Below, in pieces: positions 39,328-48,770 of a stretch of DNA of 64,000 nucleotides. The position numbers and the translations under genes were made by a program. Within the stretch, counting starts at the first letter, position 1, and each line of letters begins with the position of its first letter. The stretch comes from an uncultured Phycisphaerales bacterium (GTDB lineage: Bacteria; Planctomycetota; Phycisphaerae; Tepidisphaerales; Tepidisphaeraceae): NCBI GenBank assembly GCA_963730225.1, contig CAVSQX010000001.1:997805-1061804 (forward strand), read 5' to 3'. The notes under the pieces were generated by a model. It saw nothing but the letters and a program-made list of their open reading frames with translations. It did not search any database and was not told where the DNA came from.

Positions 39328-41583
39328 GTGTCGGCAGTACCGCCGCCCTTTGGCGGGAATATAAACTTCAACGCCCAGCATTCGCCGATGGGGGCGTTCA
39401 TGAGCTTCACCTGCGGGCACTTCGGCAGCGGCGGTGGCATCGGCATTGAAATCGGCAGGCCCGCGACCCAGAGCATCTACGTTGGCGTGAAGAAGGGAAC
39501 CCGGCGGTCCAATCAACCGATCCGCTGCCTGCCATTTGCCAAATCCGGCGCGGCTGGGTCCGGAGCAAATTTCCAGGTTGAAAACTCCACCGATTCACCC
39601 GGCAACGCCGGCGCATCCGTGGAATTCTATTCGCCAGATCAGATTACCCGGCGATACGGCTGGGCGAGCGACCGTTGGGATACGGAGGACTTCTCTTTCA
39701 CCATATACACGCCCTTTGGTCCGATTCCCGAGCCCGGCACCGATTCCGATACATTGCGCGAATCGCTGCTTCCCGCCGTGGTCGTCTGTCTCGAGGTGGA
39801 CAATCGCTCCGGTTCTGAACCGAAGACGGCCGTTTTTGGAATCGACTTCGCTGAGGCCGGCGCCCGGCTGCTTCAAGGCGGCGACGCCTGGGCCGACGGG
39901 CCGGCAAAACTGGGCTTCGCCTGGCGGCGAAGCATGGGCGTGCTGGGCATGGTCGAAGGCTCCGCCGCCGGAAGCGGAGGCGGTTTACTGGCGCTCCAGC
40001 GCTGGTCGCTTGCCGAGGCGCTGATCGATGTGAATCCGGCGCACGGATTGGGAACCAGCGCGGGGCTGGCCCTGGAAGTGGCCGCCGGAAGCAAGCGAAC
40101 GATGGTGTTGGCCATCGGCGCTCATTTGGATGGAGTCGTCACCACCCGCCTGGAAGGCCGATATTACTACACTCGATTCTACAGCAGCCTCGATGAAGTG
40201 CTTGCCGCCGCCTTGCAGCAGTCGGCCGATCTGCGCCTGCGCTCGGCTTTGCTGGACGCCGAACTTCTTTCCAGCGGATTGTCTACCGATCAGCAGTTTC
40301 TCATCGCCCACGCTACCCGCAGCTATTACGGAAACACTCAGCTTCTGGACGTCGGCGGCGAACCGTTCTGGATCGTCAACGAGGGGGAATACTGCATGAT
40401 GAACACGCTGGATCTTTCGGTCGATCAGGTGTTCTGGGAGTTGCAGCACAATCCGTGGGTGGTTCGCAATGTGTTGACGAACTTCGTCCGGCACTACGCC
40501 TATCACGATCAGGTGAAAACGCGCGGTGGTCAGGTGCTGCCGGGCGGAATTTCCTTCGCACATGACATGGGCGTCAACAACGGGTTTTCCGCTGCCGGCC
40601 AGAGCAGCTACGAGCTGGCCAATCTAACCGGCTGCTTCTCGTATATGACGCAGGAAGAGCTGTGCAACTGGATTCTGATGGCGGTCTGTTATGTAGCTCG
40701 GACCGGCGACACGCGCTGGCTGCTGGAGAACGGGCACGTCATCGCCGCCTGCGCCGACAGCCTGCGCTGCCGCGCGAACTTGCGAACCGGCATGATGGCC
40801 CACGACAGCACCCGCTGCGGAACGGGCCAGGAAATCACCACCTACGATTCTCTGGATGAATCGCTTGGCCAGGCGCGGGCCAATACATATTTGGCGACCA
40901 AGTGCTGGGCGACATGGATTGGACTGGATTTGCTGGCACGCCTGCGCAGTGCCACCGGAGCGGAGGATTCCTCCGATACGGGGCCGAACCTCGCCGACGA
41001 TCTGGCGGATTTCCTGGTGCGCTCGGCTACGGCCGAAGGAACGCTTCCCGCGGTGCTGGAGAAAGATAATCCGGGATTTCATTCGCGGATTCTGCCCGTG
41101 GTCGAAGCCCTGATCTATCCGGCTTATTGGCTGGGTTGCTTGCAGCAGCACGCTCCGGCGCAGATTACCGAGCCGCTGCGCCGGCGATGGTCCGACCCGT
41201 TGATCGACCTGCTGCGCCGCCACACGCTGGCGCTGCTGACGGACCCGGGTCGTCCCAATCTTTTCCCCGATGGAGGGATCAAGCTTTCCAGCAGTTCGAA
41301 CAATTCGTGGATGAGCAAGATCGCCATGTTTCAATTCGTCTGCCGCGCCGTTCTGCGGCTGACTGACGCCGAGCCGCGCATCGCTGATATCTTTGCGGCG
41401 GCCGACGCGGCCCACGTTTCATGGCAAACGCTTGGATGCGGTCATTGGGCGTGCAGCGACCAATTCGTCAGCGGACGAGCCAAGGGAAGCCGGTATTATC
41501 CAAGAGTCATCACCGCAGCGCTGTGGCTGGACGAAAAATCCGCCGCGCGGTTGAAGCCGGCGGCGGAGCGGGTACCTCAGTAA
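39328..41583 (+). CDS. Glycoside hydrolase family 52 beta-xylosidase (cytoplasmic)
   Basis: No signal peptide. Colinear with Geobacillus XynB2-type GH52. Matching blocks include NFNAQHSPMGAFMSFT, RSYYGNTQLLDVGGEPFWIVNEGEYCMMNTLDLSVDQVFWEL, GISFAHDMGV, ITTYDSLDESLGQAR, FPDGGIKLSSSSNNSWMSKI and GSRYYPRVITAALWLDE. Confidence 0.85.
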   Translation: MSAVPPPFGGNINFNAQHSPMGAFMSFTCGHFGSGGGIGIEIGRPATQSIYVGVKKGTRRSNQPIRCLPFAKSGAAGSGANFQVENSTDSPGNAGASVEFYSPDQITRRYGWASDRWDTEDFSFTIYTPFGPIPEPGTDSDTLRESLLPAVVVCLEVDNRSGSEPKTAVFGIDFAEAGARLLQGGDAWADGPAKLGFAWRRSMGVLGMVEGSAAGSGGGLLALQRWSLAEALIDVNPAHGLGTSAGLALEVAAGSKRTMVLAIGAHLDGVVTTRLEGRYYYTRFYSSLDEVLAAALQQSADLRLRSALLDAELLSSGLSTDQQFLIAHATRSYYGNTQLLDVGGEPFWIVNEGEYCMMNTLDLSVDQVFWELQHNPWVVRNVLTNFVRHYAYHDQVKTRGGQVLPGGISFAHDMGVNNGFSAAGQSSYELANLTGCFSYMTQEELCNWILMAVCYVARTGDTRWLLENGHVIAACADSLRCRANLRTGMMAHDSTRCGTGQEITTYDSLDESLGQARANTYLATKCWATWIGLDLLARLRSATGAEDSSDTGPNLADDLADFLVRSATAEGTLPAVLEKDNPGFHSRILPVVEALIYPAYWLGCLQQHAPAQITEPLRRRWSDPLIDLLRRHTLALLTDPGRPNLFPDGGIKLSSSSNNSWMSKIAMFQFVCRAVLRLTDAEPRIADIFAAADAAHVSWQTLGCGHWACSDQFVSGRAKGSRYYPRVITAALWLDEKSAARLKPAAERVPQ

Positions 41584-41606
41584 CAAACGCAATTCATCGA
41601 CGGTTT

Positions 41607-41970
41607 TCAGTGGCGTCGGCGCCGCAGCAGGGCCAGACCGCCCAGGCCCAGCAGAGAGAGGCTGGCCGGCTCCGGCACGGCCACGCTTTCGCTGGCCGAT
41701 GCCTGCACCGCGCCGAGCGAAGCAATCTGCGGTCCCTGGGTATTGAAGGCGTTGTCAATCAGCGTGTAATCGTCGCCGTTGACGACGCCGTCGTAGTTAA
41801 AATCGCCGTTGCGCCAGCCGGTTAGGTTGTTGTTGAAACCGTTATCGATAAGCGTGTAATCGCTGCCGTTCACAACCCCGTCGAGATTGGCGTCGCCGAA
41901 GTACGTGTATTTCACGAGCACGTCGCCGTCCGCCGTGCTTTGGCCTTCGAAGGTGCTGGTCAGCGCGGCG
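41607..41970 (-). repeat. Paralogous C-terminal anchoring cassette (copy 1 of 2): YNGG-W-GT...VLVKYTYFGDANLDGVVNGSDYTLIDNGFNN-LTGW-NGDFNYDGVVNGDDYTLIDNAFNTQG + PEP-CTERM
   Basis: About 120 codons that are nearly identical in protein, and about 85% identical in nucleotides, to 48403..48770. Confidence 0.7.
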
Positions 41971-43679
41971 CCGGAACCGTTGTCGTTCAGTTCAACGCCG
42001 ATAGCGGTGTTCTTGGTCCCCGCCGCCAACGAGGAGTACATTCCACCGGTACCGTTCCAGGTTCCGCCGTTATAGCCCTGCTTGATCTGGTCGGTGATGT
42101 TCGCGAGTTCCGTCGCTCCACCGCCGGTGATGATCATGTCGTTGTTGCCCAAATCCAGCTTGCCGGTCCAGGCACCCAACGATCCGGAGAAGGTCAGCGT
42201 CGGAGTGACAAGAAAGGTTTGATTGCCCGGCGTCGACGGAGCGAAGACGACGGTGCCGCTGGAACCGACGTTCAACGCTGCGACGTTCTGAACAATCTTC
42301 CCGGTTCCGGCATTGGCGACGAAATTGAGGATGCCGCCCGGATAAATCGCCGAGCCGGTCGCCAGCGATCCATTGACGACGTTGAGCGTTCCGCCGGGAC
42401 TCAGAACAGTCGCGCTGTTGTCGGTCGAAGGAGCCGAAAGGGTCACACTGCCGGACCCGGAAACGGTGAGGTTTCCCGTGCCGCTGATGCCACCGCTGAG
42501 GGTCAGGGAAGCGCCGGTGGAAGCGCTCAAGGTAACACCCGCGACGACTGCAACCGGAGCGGTAATCGTGTGACTGCCGGTCATCGCACTGATCAAGGGG
42601 TTTACCGTGCCGCTGGGGTCTCCAGTGTCGTTGATCGTGAGTATTCCGCCGGCCGGATTGGTTCCCTGGGCGATGATGTAAGTGGAGGTGTTGTTGAAGG
42701 TGATTTGGCCAACCGTCTCATTCCCGTCGAGCGTAACGGTACCGGGCGCATTGACGGCGGTGAGGCTGGAGCCGAAAGTGGCCTGATCCGCCGGGCCGTT
42801 TGGAATTGCCGAGCCCGACCAGTCACTAGTGGAATTCCAGGTTCCGCCGCTGGTCGGCAGCCAAGTGGCCTCGATCACCGACGGCGCCGGATAAACGGCG
42901 AAGAGCAGGCTTCGCGCTCCGCCACCGACCAGCGTGCGCTCTTCGGGACTGTAGGCTTCTTGTTCATCGCCGATCTGATTCTTGGCGTGATAGGTTCCGC
43001 CGCCAGGTGTTGTTTGAGAATTCGACCGGTAGGCATACAGCGTGGTGTTGCTGGAGGGTGTGTCCCAGATTTCAAAATCATAGGTGACGCCCGCAGTGAG
43101 CGCGACCTGATCGGTGCCGGAGAAATCCAGTTCTGTCACCTCATAGTTTCCGCTGCCGTTGTAAGTGAAGGAAAGGTTTCCGGTTGGGTTAGCCGGTGTA
43201 CCGCCACCCAGCAAGTCGGGACTTGTTTGCGCGACCGGGTTGGTCCCGTCGCCGAGGGTAAATCCACCGGCCGTTTCGTAGGAAGAGTCGGCCGCGGCGA
43301 GGGTGAACAGATGAACGGTGAAACCATTCATGGTTGCCGGAGGTGTGGATGGACCACCGGAGTTCACGAACGAGATTGCCCCAAGGTTGAAGCCGGTAGT
43401 CGGCGTGAAAGTCATGGCCTCCACGAAACCCGGCGAGATGGTTTCAACGGTTTGCCCGGTATTGGGCGAACCCTGGGCTCCGCCGGTTCCGCTGGTGATG
43501 ATGGGATTGGTTCCGATGAGCGAGGGGATGGCGGTGGTTGCGCCGGGCCAATAGGTGGGCAAAGCGCCGGACGTGGCTCCGATCGGATTGATCGTGACGC
43601 CGGCTTGCACGGAAAAGCCCGTCAACGCTGACGTAACGCCGCACGAAACGGCCAATAGCAGTTTTTTCTTGCTTGACAT
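41607..43679 (-). CDS. Secreted repetitive surface protein with a C-terminal dockerin-type repeat pair and PEP-CTERM anchor
   Basis: Signal peptide MSSKKKLLLAVSCGVTSALTGFSV. Gly/Thr/Ser/Asn-rich beta-strand repeats. C-terminal DANLDGVVNGSDYTLIDNGF...DFNYDGVVNGDDYTLIDNAF (two dockerin-like Ca-binding loops), then VPEPASLSLLGLGGLALLRRRRH. Confidence 0.8.
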   Translation of the reverse strand: MSSKKKLLLAVSCGVTSALTGFSVQAGVTINPIGATSGALPTYWPGATTAIPSLIGTNPIITSGTGGAQGSPNTGQTVETISPGFVEAMTFTPTTGFNLGAISFVNSGGPSTPPATMNGFTVHLFTLAAADSSYETAGGFTLGDGTNPVAQTSPDLLGGGTPANPTGNLSFTYNGSGNYEVTELDFSGTDQVALTAGVTYDFEIWDTPSSNTTLYAYRSNSQTTPGGGTYHAKNQIGDEQEAYSPEERTLVGGGARSLLFAVYPAPSVIEATWLPTSGGTWNSTSDWSGSAIPNGPADQATFGSSLTAVNAPGTVTLDGNETVGQITFNNTSTYIIAQGTNPAGGILTINDTGDPSGTVNPLISAMTGSHTITAPVAVVAGVTLSASTGASLTLSGGISGTGNLTVSGSGSVTLSAPSTDNSATVLSPGGTLNVVNGSLATGSAIYPGGILNFVANAGTGKIVQNVAALNVGSSGTVVFAPSTPGNQTFLVTPTLTFSGSLGAWTGKLDLGNNDMIITGGGATELANITDQIKQGYNGGTWNGTGGMYSSLAAGTKNTAIGVELNDNGSGAALTSTFEGQSTADGDVLVKYTYFGDANLDGVVNGSDYTLIDNGFNNNLTGWRNGDFNYDGVVNGDDYTLIDNAFNTQGPQIASLGAVQASASESVAVPEPASLSLLGLGGLALLRRRRH

Positions 43680-43710
43680 GTAGACCCTCCAGCGCCAGAT
43701 TACTAAGCCA

Positions 43711-43753
43711 GGTAAACGATTACCTACAATACTTCGGGTTATGGGCGTGTCAA
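43711..43753 (-). promoter_or_regulatory. Sigma70-like promoter (TTGACA-16 bp-TATTGT, minus strand) followed directly by operator copy GGTAATCGTTTACC (43711..43724)
   Basis: Read on the minus strand the sequence is TTGACAcgcccataacccgaagTATTGTaGGTAATCGTTTACC. The operator ends about 30 bp upstream of the ATG (43679) of the dockerin/PEP-CTERM gene. The site is also in the divergent region upstream of the ABC transporter operon (43834). Confidence 0.6.
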
Positions 43754-43833
43754 GAAAAATATTGCGCTTTTAACGTAAACCCAGGCGCTTTGCATGCCGG
43801 CGGCAAGATGTTACGTTCCGCTGGCCGGAGCCG

Positions 43834-45239
43834 ATGAAATTGCAACCCAGAACACCTCGACCGCTCTGGGGCGCCCTTGGCGTCATCTCGCCGGGGGCTT
43901 GGATCATTCTGATCCTCGCCGTGGTTTCCACGATTCTCGTGGCTTGCCGAACTTACCAACGCAAAGCCGGACTGGAGATGTGGGCGTTTGCCCAGGTTCA
44001 TGTCGCCATGTATGTGCCGCTGGTTCAGCAATGGAACCAAACACATGAAACCCAGGTGACGTTGATACCGCTGGGACACGACGTGCTCGCACAGCGGATG
44101 ATTTCCGGCTTCTTTTCCAAAACGCCTCTGGCGGACTTGATCGAGGTCGAGCGGGGAACCATCGGCGCGGTGTTCGGTGGGCCGCTGGACCAGGTTGGAT
44201 TTTGCGACTTGACCGACATTCTTCACCGCGATGGTGTGTACGAGCAGCTGAATGAGCCGTCCTTCAGTCCATGGACTTCCCGCGGACACATCTTCGGCCT
44301 GCCGCACGATGTGCATCCGGTCATGCTGGCGTATCGCGCTGATCTGGTCGAGCAGGCGGGCATCGATGTTTCGAAGATCGAAACGTGGGACGATTTCGTG
44401 CGGGCGTTTTCGCCGCTGATGAAGGATCTCGACAGTGAGGGCCATCCCAAGCATTACCCGTTGAATATCTGGACGACCGCCATCGGGCAGATCGAAGCGC
44501 TGATGCTTCAGGCGGGAGGAAACTATTTCGACGAAGACGGCCGGCCGATTATGGATTCTCCACAGAACGCTCGGGTGATTTCCACGGTGGTGTCGTGGGT
44601 TACCGGTCCGGGCCGAATCGCCGCCGACGCGCCGGAGTTCACCGCCATGGGGAATCAGCTGAAGTTGCAGGGATATGTCGTTGCATCGCTGGCTCCGGAT
44701 TGGTTGCTGGCGACGTGGAAACAAGATCTGGGCGGATTGAGCGGCAAAATGAAGCTGATGCCGCTGCCGGCGTGGGATCGCGGCGGCCGGCGCACCAGCG
44801 TGTGGGGCGGGACCATGCTCGGCATTCCCAAGGCCAGCCCGAATTTCGATAAGGCGTGGAATTTCGCCAAGACCCTTTATCTTTCACCCCAGATAGCTCA
44901 AAGGCTTTACGAGCGGGCCGGAATCGTGACACCCGTCAAGCGATTGTGGGAGCAGCCTTTCTTCGACGTGCCTTCCCCCTTTTTCTGCGGCCAGGCGCCG
45001 GACGGATGTACATCAACCTCGCCCGCCAGGTCCCGCCGCGAACCAGCTCGCCGTTTTTTAATCTCGCCGAAGATCGGCTCCAGGATGCCGTTCTGGCCCT
45101 GCGCGATTATGCCGACGCCCATCATGTCTATGACCCCAAAGAATTGATGCCCGAAGCACGTCGACTCCTGGCCATCGCGCAGGAACAGGTACGGCGGCAA
45201 ATGGACCAGAATCTTTTCATCAAGGGGCAAAAGTCGTGA
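43834..45239 (+). CDS. ABC transporter substrate-binding protein (carbohydrate, solute-binding family 1), with an apparent frameshift near 44995-45005
   Basis: N-terminal anchor helix then a family 1 solute-binding fold (ORF 43834..45147). The C-terminal 80 aa (GRMYINLARQVPP...LLAIAQEQVRRQMDQNLF) continue in frame +1 (ORF 44856..45239). The junction is FFCGQAP / GRMYIN. Confidence 0.75.
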
Positions 45240-46123
45240 TGCGAAGCCGGCAACAGACTTTGGCCCCCTACTTCTTTCTGGCGCCCTTCGTGCTGATTTT
45301 CTGCACGTTTACGGCGTATCCACTTTTTCAGTCGATTCTCCTTTCGATGCGGCAAACCTACGGGCCGGGGCTGGCGCGATTTGTCGGATTCTACAATTAC
45401 CGTTTTCTGTTCTCCGATCCGCTCTTCTGGACGGCCGTTTACAATACAACTGTTTTTGCGATGGGCTCGCTCTTCATTCAACTGCCCTGCTCGCTGGCGC
45501 TGGCGGTTTTGCTGAATCGAAAAAACCTGCCGGGGCGTTCCGTCTTTCGGCTGATCTTTTTCTCGCCATCGCTGGTGGGGCTGATTTTCGTCGGGATGCT
45601 CTTCACCCTGATCTTCGACAAAAACACCGGGCTGATGAATGTGTCGCTGCATCGGCTGGTTGGATGGAATCTGGAATTCCCCTGGCTTGAGCGATACGTG
45701 CGGCCGGCGCTGATCCTCGCCGCGTTCTGGATGTACGTGGGATTCAACATGGTTTATTTCCTGGCTGCACTTCAAAGCGTCGAGCCGGAGTTGGTCGAAG
45801 CGGCCGCGGTGGACGGGGCCGGGCCTTGGCGAAGATTTTTTCACGTCACGCTGCCAGCAATTCGGCCCGTCGGGTTGTTCGTTGTGCTGCTGTCGTTGCT
45901 GGGTAGCTTTCAGCTTTTCGAGTTGCCGTACGTCCTGTTCTTCAACAGCGGGAATGAAAACGGACCGGACAATCAGGCGCTCACGGTCGTAATGTATCTG
46001 TACCAGAATGGATTTGAGCGCGGCGATCTGGGTTACGCCAGCGCGGTCGGATGGGTGCTGGCTCTGCTACTGATTCTGTTGGCGGTCGGCTATCGGATGC
46101 TGGCACGGGCGGAGGAGCGATGA
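45236..46123 (+). CDS. Carbohydrate ABC transporter permease (MalF/UgpA-like)
   Basis: Six transmembrane helices and an EAA-like loop (ALQSVEPELVEAAAVDGAGPWRRFFHVTLP). Overlaps its neighbours by 4 nt. Confidence 0.85.
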   Translation: MMRSRQQTLAPYFFLAPFVLIFCTFTAYPLFQSILLSMRQTYGPGLARFVGFYNYRFLFSDPLFWTAVYNTTVFAMGSLFIQLPCSLALAVLLNRKNLPGRSVFRLIFFSPSLVGLIFVGMLFTLIFDKNTGLMNVSLHRLVGWNLEFPWLERYVRPALILAAFWMYVGFNMVYFLAALQSVEPELVEAAAVDGAGPWRRFFHVTLPAIRPVGLFVVLLSLLGSFQLFELPYVLFFNSGNENGPDNQALTVVMYLYQNGFERGDLGYASAVGWVLALLLILLAVGYRMLARAEER

Positions 46124-46956
46124 AACGGGCCGCGGTTTATCTCGTGCTGATTTTTCTATCGGTTTTGACGCTGGTGCCCTTTGCGTATCTGGCCAGCGCC
46201 TCACTGAAGCCGGCGGCGATTATGTTCGACTCGCTCTTTCTGCCAACGGGCAAGGGATTTTTGGGAATCGCCTGGAGCCAGTTGACGCTTCAGCACTTCC
46301 TCGATGCGATTCATCAGCCGACGTTTACGCAGAACGTCATCAACTCATTTTTCTACGCCTCGGTCACCAGCGTGCTGGCTACGCTCAGCTGCGCCATGGG
46401 CGGATACGCACTGGCGATGTTCCGATTCCGCGGCAGAACCATTCTCACCAACCTGGTGCTCGCGGCGTTGGTGATTCCGGCGACGTTGCTGCTGGCGCCA
46501 ACCTACCAATTGATCTACCGATTCGGGCTGATCGATACCATGACGGGATTGATTTTCCCCGGCCTTGCCCCGGCATTTGGAATTTTTCTGTTCCGCCAAA
46601 GCATGATCAACACCTTTCCGCGCGATCTGATGGAAGCCGCCCGCATCGACGGCTGCGGCGAGCTGCGAATGTTCTTCTCCATCGCCCTTCCGATCGCCCG
46701 GCCGATGATCAGCGCGTTTCTGCTCATCACCTTCCTCGCCTGCTGGAACGATTTCATTCATCCGCAGATCATCCTCCAATCGCTGGAGCGATTTCCGCTT
46801 TCGGTGGCGATTGCCCAGATGAAGGATTACTACTCGCAGGATTACGGCCTGCTGATGGCCGGCACTTTGATCTCGATCCTGCCGGTGATGGTGTTGTTCC
46901 TGCTGCTTCAGCGCGAGTTCATCTCGGGACTGACGTCCGGCGCGGTGAAGGGATAA
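46120..46956 (+). CDS. Carbohydrate ABC transporter permease (MalG/UgpE-like)
   Basis: Start MKRAAVYLVLIFLSVL overlaps the previous stop (ATGA). EAA motif MEAARIDGCGELRMFFSIALP. Confidence 0.85.
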   Translation: MKRAAVYLVLIFLSVLTLVPFAYLASASLKPAAIMFDSLFLPTGKGFLGIAWSQLTLQHFLDAIHQPTFTQNVINSFFYASVTSVLATLSCAMGGYALAMFRFRGRTILTNLVLAALVIPATLLLAPTYQLIYRFGLIDTMTGLIFPGLAPAFGIFLFRQSMINTFPRDLMEAARIDGCGELRMFFSIALPIARPMISAFLLITFLACWNDFIHPQIILQSLERFPLSVAIAQMKDYYSQDYGLLMAGTLISILPVMVLFLLLQREFISGLTSGAVKG

Positions 46957-46961
46957 CTCGA

Positions 46962-48329
46962 TCAGGGCGGATCGATCAGGCCGACGACGGCACAGTTGTA
47001 TCGCTGCGACCTTGGCATCGTGCCGCGGAACCAGAGCAACGCGATGTTGTCGTCGGGCCAGACCACGGTGATCGGGCGAAGATTATCGACCTCGGAGTTG
47101 GCCGTAATGGCCTTCCACTTCCAGGTTGCCCCGTCGTCGGCGGTGACGCCTTTGTAAATCTCGTGGCACGCGGTCGCAACGCCGGTTCGCGGATCGATGG
47201 GCGTGGAAACGTACACGATATTCGGATCATCGCTTCGCAGCGCCGCCAGGCCGGTATAATCCTGCTCGCTGGTCCAGAGGCGAGGTCCGGCTTTGGCCAG
47301 CGGGTGCACGTTCCAAGTCTTGCCGTCGAAGCGGGCGTACAGAAATCGGTGGTCGTTGAAGTTCGAATTGTCGGGAATGTCGTTGGCGCGAGCGGAAATG
47401 ATGGCGAATGGCCGGTCCTGTTTGTCGACTCGCAGATCGACGATCCAGGCGTGCGTCAACACGTCGCCGCCGAACACGCTGCTGGCGGCGAAAACTCGTG
47501 TGAGCTCGGTCTGCGGATGGCCTGGACTGTGAAAGACGTCGTCGTCCACTATCGTGCCGTCCGAGCGGTGCAGCTTGCCGTCCTGAAGATAGCCGTGATA
47601 AACATTGTTGTTGAAATCGCGCGGATGGTGTTCGGTGGTGATGAAGTCGATGCGATCGACGCCATTCGACGCGTACTTGGTATATCCGTTCACATAACCA
47701 AGCCGCGGAATCGTCAGCAGCTTGCCGGAGTATGCCCAGCTATCGCCGTGATCGGTGGAAATGAGAATCGAGGGATCCTGATTCACCGCGCGGCAAAAGT
47801 CATACGTGCGATTCTCGGCGGAAAGATAAAACAGATTGGAATAGGTGACGTGCTCCAACTGGCCCTGATACACGTGCAGATAAGGAGTCCAATCAAACTT
47901 CTGCTCATCGCCCCACTGGCTGGCGTCGTGCGGGTTCGTTGAGATGCGCCAGTACGTGAAACTCTCGTGGTTGTGCAGCGTGTAAACGGCCAGATACCTT
48001 CCGTCCGGACGGATCAGAAAAGCGGGCGCGTTGTGATCGTCCTGCGGCTGGAAATTGTGATGCAAAACGAAATGTTGGGTCGAGCCATCGGCAAGATGAT
48101 AACAGTCTAAATCCACATCGCCGGTGCGCTCGTTTCCGTCGACGCCCTCGGAATCGGCGATCGAGCCGATGAGCAGCGTCTTGTTGGTCGGATCAAAAAC
48201 CGCGCACGGATCCTGAAACCAGCACCACGCACCGTTGTCATTAATTACAACCGGATGAACCGCGCAGCCCCCGATCGCAAATATCCCCGCGACGCAGATC
48301 GCGCCGCACAGCCGTGAAAAAGTTCGCAT
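46962..48329 (-). CDS. BNR/Asp-box repeat glycosidase (sialidase-like beta-propeller), lipoprotein
   Basis: Lipobox FAIGGCAV. Asp-box motifs STDHGDSW and TADDGATW. It is the last gene downstream of the giant surface-protein gene. Confidence 0.65.
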   Translation of the reverse strand: MRTFSRLCGAICVAGIFAIGGCAVHPVVINDNGAWCWFQDPCAVFDPTNKTLLIGSIADSEGVDGNERTGDVDLDCYHLADGSTQHFVLHHNFQPQDDHNAPAFLIRPDGRYLAVYTLHNHESFTYWRISTNPHDASQWGDEQKFDWTPYLHVYQGQLEHVTYSNLFYLSAENRTYDFCRAVNQDPSILISTDHGDSWAYSGKLLTIPRLGYVNGYTKYASNGVDRIDFITTEHHPRDFNNNVYHGYLQDGKLHRSDGTIVDDDVFHSPGHPQTELTRVFAASSVFGGDVLTHAWIVDLRVDKQDRPFAIISARANDIPDNSNFNDHRFLYARFDGKTWNVHPLAKAGPRLWTSEQDYTGLAALRSDDPNIVYVSTPIDPRTGVATACHEIYKGVTADDGATWKWKAITANSEVDNLRPITVVWPDDNIALLWFRGTMPRSQRYNCAVVGLIDPP

Positions 48330-48402
48330 TCAAAAACTCCGCCGTCTCGATACGCCGGGACAATAGCAACCGAGAAGCGGATTGCAAGATGAAAGCAGCG
48401 CG

Positions 48403-48770
48403 TCAACTTCTACGCCGTCGTCGCCAAAGAACGGCCGCGGCAACCGCGGCGACGCCCAAATTTCCCGGCTCCGGCACGGCTGCCAAGGATCCGCCGGCAA
48501 TCTGCGACGTTGGGATCGCCACCATCTCCATTGGCTCCGCCGCCAGCGATGCCCCCTGCGTATTGAACGCATTGTCAATGAGCGTGTAGTCGTCGCCGTT
48601 GACGACGCCGTCGTAATTGAAGTCTCCGTTGTGCCACCCCGTCAGCGTGTTGTTAAAGCCGTTATCGATCAGCGTGTAGTCGCTGCCATTCACAACGCCA
48701 TCCAAATTGGCATCACCAAAATAAGTGTACTTCACCAACACGTCGGTGCTGGTGACGCTCTGACCATCGA
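48403..48770 (-). repeat. Paralogous C-terminal anchoring cassette (copy 2 of 2)
   Basis: Dockerin pair plus PEP-CTERM module shared with the 41607..43679 gene. The two dockerin pairs differ at only two residues (NNNLTGWRNG versus NNTLTGWHNG). Confidence 0.7.

Noticed and set aside
39985-41415. Minus-strand ORFs of 192 aa and 263 aa
   Set aside because: Antisense to the GH52 beta-xylosidase.
41940-43631. 563-aa plus-strand ORF
   Set aside because: Antisense to the dockerin/PEP-CTERM surface protein. Arg/Gly-rich.
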